Of a stretch of DNA of 64,000 bases, positions 37,767-48,806 are shown in pieces (position 1 is the stretch's first letter; each line of letters starts with the position of its first letter). The notes under the pieces are model-generated. The model did not search any database and was not told the DNA's origin. It saw nothing but the letters and a program-made list of their open reading frames with translations. Made by a program: the position numbers and the translations under genes. The stretch is taken from assembly GCA_963762145.1 (NCBI GenBank), contig CAVXJS010000014.1:64001-128000 (forward strand), in the 5' to 3' direction. Source of the DNA: an uncultured Candidatus Rokubacteria bacterium. GTDB lineage: Bacteria; Methylomirabilota; Methylomirabilia; Rokubacteriales; CSP1-6.

Positions 37767-39776
37767 CTAGGAGACGGCCCGACGCTTCGCGCGGACGAAG
37801 TCCACCAGCACGTACTCGCCGAGGCGATCGGACGTCGCGAAGAAGGCGCGGCCGCGATTGATGCGGGTCATCTGCTCGACGAACGCGGCGAGCGCGTGGC
37901 TCTGCTCGAGCATGAACGTGTTGATCGTGATGCCGTCGCGCGTGCACCGCTGGACTTCCTTGAGCGTCTCCTGGAGGGTGCGCCGGGTGGGCGGGTAGGC
38001 GAACTCGGGCTCGGTGCCCTCCATGTGCGCGGTGGGCTCGCCGTCCGTGATCATGATCACCTGCTTGTTGCCGCCCTTGTGCCGGGCCAGGAGCTGCCGC
38101 GCGAGCAGGAAGCCCGCGTGCATGTTGGTGCCCACGCTCCACTCGCCGGGGGCGAGGTGGGGGAGCTGGGCCGCGGTGAACTCGCGGGCGTAGAGCGAGA
38201 AGCCCACGATGTAGAGGCTGTCGCGCGGGAACTGGCCGCGGATCAGCGCGTTGAGCGCGAGCGCGACCTTCTTGGCGGGCAGGAAGCAGCCGTTGAAGAT
38301 CATCGAGCGGCTCATGTCGAGCATGAGCACGGTGGCCGCGTGGGTCTGGGTCTCGGTGCGCACCACCTCGAAGTCGTCGGGGGCCAGCCGGACCGGGACC
38401 CCGGCGCCGTTGCGCTCCACCGCGTTCATCAGGGTCTCGCGCAGCTCGAGCAGGAACGGGTCGCCGAACTCGTAGGGCTTGGTCTGGTCGGTCCGGTCAC
38501 CGCCCGCGCCCCGCCGCTCGATCGCGTGGCCGCCGAAGCGGTCGCGCTTGAGGTGCCCGAAGATGTCGCGCAGGGCCTTGTCGCCGATCTTGCGCATCGC
38601 CCGCGCGGTCAGCTCGAGCCGGTCACCCTTTCTTTCGAGATAGCCGGCTTCCTCCAGCTTCTTGGTCATCTCGCGCAGGCGCTCGAGGTCGCGGACCGCT
38701 TCCTCGCCCAGGAGCTGCTCGACCTGCTCGGGGTCGATCTTCTCCAGGTCGTCGGGGTCGCGCACCTTCTGGATCTGGCGCTCGAGCTCGTCGAGCTGGC
38801 GGAGCTCGTCCATCAGGTCCATGGCCTGCTTCATCGTCAGGTCGTCCTGGCCGCGGAAGTTGTAGCGCTGGCCGTCGGGCGGCGGCATGAGCTGGCTCAG
38901 GTTCATGCCGAGCTGGCGCAGCTCGGCCTCGAGCCGCTCGTCCTGCATGAAGAGCGACTGCATCATGTCCTGGAGCTGGCTGCGCTGCCCGGGCGACATG
39001 CTCGAGAGCAGCGACTGCATCTGACCGGCCTGCTGGGCGATCTGCTCCAGGAGCTGGTCGAGGTTCTGGGCCCCCGGGAAGTGGTCGCCCCACTTCTGCT
39101 TGAAGGCGTCGAAGTCCGGTTCGCGCCCCTCCGCGCGGTCCTGGAGCATGCGGTTCAGATCGCGCATCATCTCCCGCATCCGCTCGAGGTCCTGGGGGGT
39201 CATGTTGCCGAGCTGCTTCTGCATGTTGGAGAGGAACGGCTGCAGCATCTGCTGCTGCAGGCCCTTCATCAGCTCCCAGAACATCCGGTGCGCGTCGGGA
39301 TCCATGAACTCGTAGTTCTGCAGGCCCTGGATGCGTCCCGCGGGAGACTCCGGCATCTCGTCGAGGCTCTTCCGGTGCTCGGCGGCCGCCTGCTCCATGC
39401 CCTGGCGGAACGACTCGGGGGCTTCGCCCTTCTCGGCGCGCTCCTTGGCGTCGCTCACCCGCCGCTCGATGCCCTCGCGCTCGGTCTTCAGGATGTTGTC
39501 GAGCTTCTGCTTGATGTCGTCGAGCACCGAGGACAGATCGTAGCGGTCGAGCTGCTGCTGGCGCTGGCGGCGCAGCCGGTTGAGCAGATCCTGGAGCCCG
39601 GGCAGGTTGGCCCCGTCCGGGTTCTTGGCCCCGCGCTGGAAGAGGCGCCGGAGCGCGCTCCACGGATCGCCGTCCGACAGGAGATCGTCGGACATCGCGT
39701 CGAGGAGCTGATCGGCGTCGAGATCGTCGAGGCGCTGGGAGCCGTCCCAGCGCGAGTACCAGCTCAGGGGTGCCAC
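37767..39776 (-). CDS. VWA domain protein with long coiled-coil N-terminus
   Basis: YSRWDGSQ start; Q/E/M-rich helices; MIDAS DMSRS..T..ITDGEPTAH. Confidence 0.9.
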   Translation of the reverse strand: MAPLSWYSRWDGSQRLDDLDADQLLDAMSDDLLSDGDPWSALRRLFQRGAKNPDGANLPGLQDLLNRLRRQRQQQLDRYDLSSVLDDIKQKLDNILKTEREGIERRVSDAKERAEKGEAPESFRQGMEQAAAEHRKSLDEMPESPAGRIQGLQNYEFMDPDAHRMFWELMKGLQQQMLQPFLSNMQKQLGNMTPQDLERMREMMRDLNRMLQDRAEGREPDFDAFKQKWGDHFPGAQNLDQLLEQIAQQAGQMQSLLSSMSPGQRSQLQDMMQSLFMQDERLEAELRQLGMNLSQLMPPPDGQRYNFRGQDDLTMKQAMDLMDELRQLDELERQIQKVRDPDDLEKIDPEQVEQLLGEEAVRDLERLREMTKKLEEAGYLERKGDRLELTARAMRKIGDKALRDIFGHLKRDRFGGHAIERRGAGGDRTDQTKPYEFGDPFLLELRETLMNAVERNGAGVPVRLAPDDFEVVRTETQTHAATVLMLDMSRSMIFNGCFLPAKKVALALNALIRGQFPRDSLYIVGFSLYAREFTAAQLPHLAPGEWSVGTNMHAGFLLARQLLARHKGGNKQVIMITDGEPTAHMEGTEPEFAYPPTRRTLQETLKEVQRCTRDGITINTFMLEQSHALAAFVEQMTRINRGRAFFATSDRLGEYVLVDFVRAKRRAVS

Positions 39777-39788
39777 TAGACCATCGAA

Positions 39789-39850
39789 GGGGGCCGCGAC
39801 GGCCCCCTCCGAGCCTCCCCCAGAACAGATTGCGCCGGCGAAGCCGGCGC
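39789..39850. repeat. Intergenic double-hairpin (REP-like) element
   Basis: GGGGGCC-GCGAC-GGCCCCC (39789-39807) and GCGCCGGC-GAA-GCCGGCGC (39832-39850). Confidence 0.6.
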
Positions 39851-39873
39851 TCGGACTGCGCTCACTGTCGTTC

Positions 39874-41268
39874 TCACGCCACCCGGTAGCGCGCCTGCCC
39901 GGCCTGCACGTCCTTGTTGAGCTTCTTGCTCAGGTGCAGGCCCTCCAGCACGAACTCGACCGCGGCGGCCACGCTCGCCGGGTCCTGCGCCCCGAGCTTG
40001 CGCACCGCCGCCTGCAGCGGGCGCACCTGGCCGAGGTGCCGGAGGTAGAGATCGGCGGGCATGGAGTCGGAGACCTCGATCTTGAGCCCGTCCTGGAAGG
40101 CGCCCACCACCTCGTCCAGCTCGCCGGAGGTGAAGCTGCGGTTGAACACGTTGAGCAGGGCGCGCTGCATGATCTTGGACATGACCTTGTCCTCGGTCGC
40201 GTCGCCCAGGCTCTCCATCTCGATCTTGCCGCCGGTGGAGGCGGCGATGGCGCCGAGGTCGCTCACCCGGGGGGCGGCCACCGCCTCGCCGAGGCGGATC
40301 GCCCGCTTGACCGCGCTCGACAAGATGTTCTCGTAGTTGCAGATCGTCACGCGCACCGATACCCCCGAGCGCTGGCTGATCTCGGGCGAGCGGCGGGCCA
40401 GATGGGTGACCTCGGCCACGAGCTGCTTCATGAACTCCGGACTCCGGGTCTCGAGGCCCGCGTCGGCGTAGGTGGTGCGCTCCGCCTCCATGATCGCGAT
40501 CTCGTCCTCCACCCGCCTGGGGTAGTGGGTGCGAATCTGCGAGCCGAAGCGGTCCTTGAGCGGGGTGATGATGCGCCCGCGGTTGGTGTAGTCCTCCGGG
40601 TTCGCGCTCGCCACCACGTAGAGGTCGATCGGCAGCCGCACCTTGTATCCGCGGATCTGCACGTCGCGCTCTTCCATGATGTTGAGCAGGCCCACCTGGA
40701 TGCGCTCGGCCAGGTCCGGCAGCTCGTTGAGCGCGAAGATGCCGCGGTTGGTGCGGGGCAGGAGGCCGTAGTGGATGGTGAGCTCGTCGGAGAGGTAGCG
40801 GCCCTCCGCGACCTTGATCGGATCCACCTCGCCGATCAGGTCGGCGATCGTGATGTCGGGGGTCGCGAGCTTCTCCCCGTAGCGCCGGTCACGCGGGATC
40901 CAGGCGATCGCGGCCTTGTCTCCCTGTTCGCCGACGCGCTGGCGGCACGCCGAGCAGATGGGAGCGAGCGGCTCGTCGCTGATCTCGCAGCCGGCCAGCG
41001 CGGGCATCTCCTCGTCGAGAAGGCCGACCAGCAATCGTGCCATGCGGGTCTTGGCCTGGCCGCGCTCGCCCAGGAAGACGATGTCCTGGCCGCTCAGCAC
41101 CGCGTTCTCGATCTGGGGCACGACGGTCTGCTCGTACCCCACGATGCCGGTGAAGAGGCCTTCGCCGCGGCGCAGCCGGGCGATCAGATTGTCCCGCAGC
41201 TCCTGCTTGACGGAGCGAGACACATACCCGCTGTCGCGCAGCTCTCGAATCGTGGTCGGCTTCGCCAT
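39874..41268 (-). CDS. Mg-chelatase-like AAA+ ATPase
   Basis: GERGQAKT Walker A variant; EKLATPD; FALNELPDL Walker B variant; ANPEDYTNRGRIITPLKDRFGS. Confidence 0.9.
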   Translation of the reverse strand: MAKPTTIRELRDSGYVSRSVKQELRDNLIARLRRGEGLFTGIVGYEQTVVPQIENAVLSGQDIVFLGERGQAKTRMARLLVGLLDEEMPALAGCEISDEPLAPICSACRQRVGEQGDKAAIAWIPRDRRYGEKLATPDITIADLIGEVDPIKVAEGRYLSDELTIHYGLLPRTNRGIFALNELPDLAERIQVGLLNIMEERDVQIRGYKVRLPIDLYVVASANPEDYTNRGRIITPLKDRFGSQIRTHYPRRVEDEIAIMEAERTTYADAGLETRSPEFMKQLVAEVTHLARRSPEISQRSGVSVRVTICNYENILSSAVKRAIRLGEAVAAPRVSDLGAIAASTGGKIEMESLGDATEDKVMSKIMQRALLNVFNRSFTSGELDEVVGAFQDGLKIEVSDSMPADLYLRHLGQVRPLQAAVRKLGAQDPASVAAAVEFVLEGLHLSKKLNKDVQAGQARYRVA

Positions 41269-41292
41269 GAGGGCTCCCTTCGCTGTGGGCTC

Positions 41293-41362
41293 ACTATGCG
41301 GCGGGCGCTGGCCGCTGTCAATCCGCGCACAACTTGACACGCTGCGGGAGCCCGGTCAGGAT
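41293..41362. promoter_or_regulatory. Back-to-back divergent sigma70 promoters
   Basis: Minus: TTGACA(41321-41316)-17-CATAGT; plus: TTGACA(41334-41339)-17-CAGGAT(41357-41362). Confidence 0.7.
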
Positions 41363-41369
41363 GCGGATC

Positions 41370-41636
41370 ATGCCGACGGGACGGGGTTGGTGGGGCCGGC
41401 TCCTCCTGGTCATCCTGCTCGTGCTGCCGCTTCCCGTCGCGCTCGACCTGTGCGACGACGCCGCCGAGAGTGACGAGAACCGGCTCCGCGTTGCGGCCGG
41501 CGTGCAGTCCGACTCCGCGTGGGGCCTGCCCGCGCCCACGTCCGCTCGGCCCGCGGGCTGGCCCGATCCCCACGACCCGGTCATCGCCGGCTGGATCTGT
41601 CTCACTCCGTCCGACCGCGCGCCTCCTCGCGCCTGA
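41370..41636 (+). CDS. Putative leader / ribosome-arrest peptide (N-terminal hydrophobic signal, C-terminal RAPP)
   Basis: RLLLVILLVLPLPVA then ..SDRAPPRA*; ATG lies 7 nt after the -10 box; anti-SD in final codons. Confidence 0.7.
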   Translation: MPTGRGWWGRLLLVILLVLPLPVALDLCDDAAESDENRLRVAAGVQSDSAWGLPAPTSARPAGWPDPHDPVIAGWICLTPSDRAPPRA

Positions 41637-41699
41637 TCACTTCGCGCGCACCGTTCCCGTCGCACGATTCATTCCCCGTCACGCGAGGAGACGCACGAC

Positions 41700-41954
41700 A
41701 TGAAGACCATTCTGCTCACCATTGCCGCGCTCGGATTCGCCGTTTCGCCCGCCCTGGCTCACGAGTGCCCGCTGCTGCAGCAGCAGGTCCTCGCCGCCGC
41801 CGACTACCGGCTGGACGACGCGGCGTACAAGGCGAAGATGATGGCCGCCGAGGGCGACGCCCTCCACAAGGCGGGCAAGCACGACGAGTCCGTGGCCAAG
41901 TACGACGAGGCCGCGAAGACGATGGGCATCTCGCTCACCCACAAGCCGAAGTAA
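41700..41954 (+). CDS. Small secreted His/Cys protein (predicted mature N-terminus HECP)
   Basis: GAGGAG SD; signal peptide ending ALA; helical EGDALHKAGKHDES; strong GC3. Confidence 0.85.
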   Translation: MKTILLTIAALGFAVSPALAHECPLLQQQVLAAADYRLDDAAYKAKMMAAEGDALHKAGKHDESVAKYDEAAKTMGISLTHKPK

Positions 41955-41972
41955 AGCCACCGCCGCACGCGA

Positions 41973-42006
41973 CGCGCCCCGGGGAGCCGACCGGCCCCGG
42001 GGCGCG
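41973..42006. terminator. GC-rich hairpin between convergent genes
   Basis: 12-bp perfect stem CGCGCCCCGGGG/CCCCGGGGCGCG; no U-tract. Confidence 0.55.
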
Positions 42007-42017
42007 CTCCGTCCGCC

Positions 42018-42575
42018 TCAGACGGTCTTGCGGGGCGGGAGCAGGTAGCCGATCAGCAGGACGTTCAGGTGGAGCAGCAGCAGCTTGTTCCACGCCACCG
42101 CCGCCGCGAGCGCGGCCGCCGGGTCGTCCAGCTCGTCGCGAAAGATGCCGGCGAGCGCGGTCTGGGTGAGGCTCATCGCGGCCACCATGAACTGCGGAGG
42201 GATCTTGCCGCCCGGCCCGTAGTCGCGGTGGCTGTGGGCGAGGCCGACCGAGAGCAGGTAGTAGACGAAATCGTGGGTCAGCGCGGCCTCGGCGGTCTCG
42301 CGCAGCCAGCGGGCGAGGCTGTGCTTGCGACGGTCGATCCGGCCGCGGTCCGGCGTCCCGTCCGGACCCAGGAAGAAGCGCGCGGTCGCGGGAAATCGGA
42401 GGAAGTGCTCGTAGAGCGCGGTGGTCAGCGCGGCCTCGTGCTTCAGGATCGCGGGCGCGCTCGCGCGGATGGCGGCCGTGTCCGCCTCGTCCAGACCGAC
42501 GAACTCGGCCAGCTCCCGGACGTACCGCTCGAGATCGGCTCCCGGGGGTACTCGCTCGTCTTCCTCGCCGCCCAT
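42018..42575 (-). CDS. Single-domain protoglobin / sensor-globin family protein
   Basis: EFVGLDEAD..LYEHFLRFP.TARFF; VGLAH proximal His; AWNKLL; GGAGG SD. Confidence 0.8.
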   Translation of the reverse strand: MGGEEDERVPPGADLERYVRELAEFVGLDEADTAAIRASAPAILKHEAALTTALYEHFLRFPATARFFLGPDGTPDRGRIDRRKHSLARWLRETAEAALTHDFVYYLLSVGLAHSHRDYGPGGKIPPQFMVAAMSLTQTALAGIFRDELDDPAAALAAAVAWNKLLLLHLNVLLIGYLLPPRKTV

Positions 42576-42610
42576 GAGGTCCCTCCCGTTTGCGTGCGAT
42601 AATACCGTGC

Positions 42611-43132
42611 ATGCGAAACCGCGTCGTGACGATGCTCCTGGCTGGGGTGCTGGCGGGCGCGCTCGCCGCGTGCGCGTCGTCCTCGTCCGGCCTGCCGTAC
42701 AAGCCCGAGGTGCAGCCGCCGGGTGCCACCGTGTCGGCCGCCTACACGATCGTGGGCGACCGGCTCCGCGTCGAGATCGAGGGGGGCGGGCGCCGCGTCG
42801 AGCGGGCGCAGATCGTGATGCCCAACGGGGCCTTGCTCGAGGCGCAGACGATCGAGTACACCCCGGCCGCGAGCAGCGGGGGGAGCCCGGTCAGCATCGG
42901 CTTCGGGATCGGCGGCTTCAGCAGCACCGGCGGCGGCGGCGGGGTGGGCACCGGGGTCGGCGTTTCGACGGGCGGGCTGGTGGGCGGCGGCGGGGCCAGC
43001 GAGGTCGGGAGCAGCATCGCCTCCTTCCCGCTCGCCCCGGCCGGGGCGAGCCCCTGGCGCGTGCGCGTCAAGCTCCAGGGCATCGATTCGGCCGATATCC
43101 TCGTCGGCGGGCCGCTTCCCGCGCCCCGCTGA
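42611..43132 (+). CDS. Lipoprotein with Gly-rich segment
   Basis: Lipobox LAAC; SIGFGIGG..GVGTGVGVS. Confidence 0.75.
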   Translation: MRNRVVTMLLAGVLAGALAACASSSSGLPYKPEVQPPGATVSAAYTIVGDRLRVEIEGGGRRVERAQIVMPNGALLEAQTIEYTPAASSGGSPVSIGFGIGGFSSTGGGGGVGTGVGVSTGGLVGGGGASEVGSSIASFPLAPAGASPWRVRVKLQGIDSADILVGGPLPAPR

Positions 43133-43147
43133 GCGCCGGGCCGCCGG

Positions 43148-44099
43148 TCAGCGCCGGCGACGAGATCGCGGCGCCGCCGGGGCGGTGACCGCCGGCGCCC
43201 CGCCGGGCCGCCGCTCTTCCATCTCCTCGAGCGTGCGCGGCCAGTCCTGGTGGAGCAGCCGCGAGAGCGCGCGGTCGGCCAGGAGGCGCCCCGCGGTCTG
43301 ACACCGCGCGCAGTAGTTGGTCTCGTTCTCCGCGTGCACGATGCGCTGCACGGGAGCGCCGCAGTCGGGGCAGGGACGGCCGTACCGGCCGTGCACCGCC
43401 ATGTCGGGGCGGAACGCGGTCACACCCTCCGGGAACGTCGCCCCCCGCCTCCCGGCGCAGGCGCTCGATCCAGTCGGTCAGCGTGGCCTTCGCGGCCTCG
43501 AACAGGCGCGCGCTCTCCGCTTCCGTGAGCTGGCGCGTCATGCGCACCGGCGAGAGCCGGGCCCGGTGCAGGATCTCGTCGGAGTAGGCATTGCCGATGC
43601 CGCTCAGGATGCGCGGATCGGTCAGCGTCCGCTTGAGCGTGTGGGACTCGCGGGTGATTGCGTCGTGGAAGGCCGCCGCGTCGGCCGTCCAGAGCTCGAG
43701 ACCGCCGGGGTCGTGAGCGGCCAGCGCGGCCTCGCCGCGCACGAGGTGGATGGCGGCGCGACGCTTCGATCCCGCCTCGGTGAGGGTCACCGTGCCGGTC
43801 GAGAAGTCGAGCGCGGCCAGCCCGATCTTGCCGGGCAGCTTCGCGCCCGCGTCCTTCCAGTGCAGCCGGCCCGCGATCATCAGGTGGATGAGCACGAAGA
43901 GCTCGCCCTCCAGCGCGATCACGATCCGCTTGCCCAGGCGCCGGACGCCGGTCACCGTCCGGCCCACGACCTCGGGGGGTGGCGGCTCCACCGAGCGCAG
44001 CACGAAGGGGTTGGCAAGGCGGATGCGCTCGAGCCGCGCGCCGCCAATGCGCGTGGCGAGCGCTTCGATGTAGACCGTGACGTCGGGCAGCTCGGGCAT
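43148..44099 (-). CDS. mutM: Formamidopyrimidine-DNA glycosylase (Fpg/Nei family), frameshift at C6 run 43441-43446
   Basis: MPELPDV; RLGK; HLMIAG; [11 protein letters not shown]; CPDC..YCARCQ zinc finger in shifted frame. Confidence 0.9.
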
Positions 44100-44171
44100 G
44101 GCCGGATCGCGCCAGTGTAGAGACCGAGCGCGCGCCCGCGCAAGCGGGCCCCCTGTGGTACGGTGCGGAGC

Positions 44172-46267
<2,096 letters not shown>

Positions 46268-46271
<4 letters not shown>

Positions 46272-47319
46272 CGGGGACCCGTCCACGTCGGACGTAGCGG
46301 CCGCTCTTCTCGGCCACCTCCGCCGCGAGCTGCGCGCGGCCGATCTCGCCTACGCCGAGTCTCCGGTTCCGATCAGCGGTGGCTTCGACACCTCGATCTA
46401 CGCCTTCCGCCTGAGCGTCGGCCCCGCCGCCTGGACGGGGCCGCTCATCCTGCGCGTGCTCGGTCCGGGCCACGATCCGGTGCGCGCGCTCCGGGAGCGC
46501 GCCACCCAGAACGCGCTCGCCGGGCTCGGCTACCCGGTGCCGCGCGTGCTCATGGCCAGCGCCGACCGCGAACTCCTCGGCGCCGGGTTCCTCGTGATGG
46601 AGCGGGCCGCCGGGCGTCCGCTCCTGGCCACCCGCCGGCCCGGTATCGGGCGGATGCTGGCCGAGGCGCACGCGCGCCTGCATGGGCTCAACGCGGAGGC
46701 GCTGCTGCGCGCGCTGGACGACGAGGGCCGGGCGGCGGGCTGGCGCTTCGACCGCGACGCGGTCGGCTTCGAGAGCCACCTCGCCTCGCTCGACCGGCGT
46801 ATCCAGGCGGCCGGGCTCGCCGGGCTGGCGGACGGGATGCGCTGGCTCCGCACCCGCCAGCCCGTCGAGCGGTCCGCGCGCGTGATCTGCCACGGCGATT
46901 TCCATCCGCAGAACCTGCTCGCGGCGGACGGGCGGGTGAGCGCGGTGCTCGACTGGCCGAACACGCTGGTGGCCGCGCCGGAGTACGACGTGGCCGCGAC
47001 CCGCGTCATCCTGACCCAGACGCCGATCTCGCTGGTGCCGATGCCGGCCGCGCTCCGCCCGCTCGCGGCGGCGGGGCGCCGGCTCGTGGCCGCGCGCTAC
47101 CTGGCGGTCTATCGCCGGCTGCGCCCGCTCGATCGGACGCGCCTGCCCTACTTCGAGGCGGCGGGGTGCATGCGCGGGCTGGTACGCGCCGGCGAGGCGC
47201 GCGTGGCGGAGGCCGCGACGCCCAACCCGCTCGACGTCTCGTCGTTCGGCGAGCGCCTCGCCGCGCGCTTCGGGCGCGCCAGCGGGGTGCCGGTGTCGCT
47301 GCCGCCGCCCCGCGGCTGA
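46268..47319 (+). CDS. Aminoglycoside phosphotransferase family kinase (probable 1-nt indel just after start)
   Basis: CHGDFHPQNLL; LDW; SD AGGAGGAG before GTG 46268, which is out of frame by one base at GGGG/CCC runs. Confidence 0.82.
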
Positions 47320-47367
47320 CCGTGCTACCATTCCCGCGAAAATAGATCATCCGGCTCCGGAGGCCCC

Positions 47368-48774
47368 ATGAACGCGACCGATCTGGCCTACACGCCCGCA
47401 ACCGAGCTCATTCCCCAGATCCGGTCGAAGGCGCTGTCGCCGGTGGAGCTGACCCGGGCGGTGCTCGAGCGCATCGAGCAGGTGAACCCGACGATCAATG
47501 CGTTCTGCACGGTGACCGCGGACGCGGCGCTGGCCGCCGCGCGCGCCGCCGAGGACGCGGTGATGAAGGGCGGCCGGCTCGGCCCGCTCCACGGCATTCC
47601 GGTGTCCATCAAGGACCTGGCCCTGGTGGAAGGCGTGCCCGCGCGCTTCGGCTCGCACATCTTCGCCCAGCGCGTCGGCGAGGTGGACGCGCCGTACGTG
47701 CGCCGGCTCAAGGAGGCGGGCGCCATCCTCACCGGCAAGACCAGCACACCGGAGTTCGGGTGGAAGGCGCTCGGCGACAGCCCGCTCACCGGGATCACAC
47801 GCAATCCGTGGAACCTGGGCATGACCTCGGGCGGCTCGAGCGCGGGGGCGGGCGCGGCCACCGCGGCGGGGCTGGGGCCGCTGCACCAGGGCTCGGACGG
47901 CGCCGGCTCGGTGCGGGTGCCGTCGGCCTTCTGCGGAATCTACGGACTCAAGCCCACCTTCGGACGCGTGCCCATGTGGCCCGTGTCCAACACGGACAGC
48001 GCCTCCCACACCGGGCCGATGACGCGCACGGTGGCGGACGCCGCGCTGATGCTGGGCGTGATGGCCGGGCCCGACGACTGGGACCGCCAGTCGCTCGATG
48101 CGGCGCCGGACGACTACGTGGGCCGGCTGCGCGCGGGTGTGAAAGGCCTGCGCGTGGGATGGAGCCTCGATCTGGGGTGCCTGCAGGTGGATCCCGAGGT
48201 GGGGCAGGTGGCGAAGCGCGCCGCGCTCGCGTTCCAGGAGCTGGGCTGCGCGGTCGAGGACGTGAAGGTGAGCTGGCCGGACACGCGAGAGATGATCCAT
48301 CTCATGTGGAACGCGCACTATGCGGGCAACTACGGGCAGTACCTCGACGAGTTCCGCTCGCGCATGGACCCGGGGCTGGTCGCGGCCCTCGAGGACGGCC
48401 GCCGCTACAGCGCGGAGGCCTACGTGGCGATGCGCGGCCGCAAGCACGTCTACTGCGACGCGGTGCGCGCGACCTTCGATACCTACGATCTGCTGCTGAC
48501 CCCGACCGTCTCCGTCGCGGCCTTCGAGGTCGGGCGTCTCAATCCGGTGGGCTTCCCGCAGCACGCGTGGGACTGGTTCCCGTGGGCCGGGTTCAGCTAT
48601 CCGTTCAACTTCACCGGGCAGCCCGCCGCCACCGTCCCGGCCGGCTTCACCGCCTCGGGGATGCCGGTGGGATTGCAGATCGTCGGCCGGCGTCTGGCCG
48701 ACCTCCAGGTGCTGCAGGCCTCGGCCGCCTTCGAGCAGGCGCGGCCGTGGGCGCAGACGCGGCCCCGCGCCTGA
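47368..48774 (+). CDS. Amidase signature family protein
   Basis: IKD; GGSSAG; GSDGAGSVRVPS; extended -10 TGcTACCAT upstream. Confidence 0.94.
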   Translation: MNATDLAYTPATELIPQIRSKALSPVELTRAVLERIEQVNPTINAFCTVTADAALAAARAAEDAVMKGGRLGPLHGIPVSIKDLALVEGVPARFGSHIFAQRVGEVDAPYVRRLKEAGAILTGKTSTPEFGWKALGDSPLTGITRNPWNLGMTSGGSSAGAGAATAAGLGPLHQGSDGAGSVRVPSAFCGIYGLKPTFGRVPMWPVSNTDSASHTGPMTRTVADAALMLGVMAGPDDWDRQSLDAAPDDYVGRLRAGVKGLRVGWSLDLGCLQVDPEVGQVAKRAALAFQELGCAVEDVKVSWPDTREMIHLMWNAHYAGNYGQYLDEFRSRMDPGLVAALEDGRRYSAEAYVAMRGRKHVYCDAVRATFDTYDLLLTPTVSVAAFEVGRLNPVGFPQHAWDWFPWAGFSYPFNFTGQPAATVPAGFTASGMPVGLQIVGRRLADLQVLQASAAFEQARPWAQTRPRA

Positions 48775-48806
48775 GCCCGCGCCGCCGAGGAGGTTCCCGC
48801 CGCCCG

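Noticed and set aside
39874-41268. Chlorophyll/cobalamin chelatase, or dead ATPase due to AKT/NE motifs
   Set aside because: No tetrapyrrole genes nearby; these Walker variants appear typical of this subfamily
41316-41339. TGTCAA-N12-TTGACA as transcription-factor palindrome
   Set aside because: Fully explained by two divergent -35 boxes, each with a 17-nt spacer and -10
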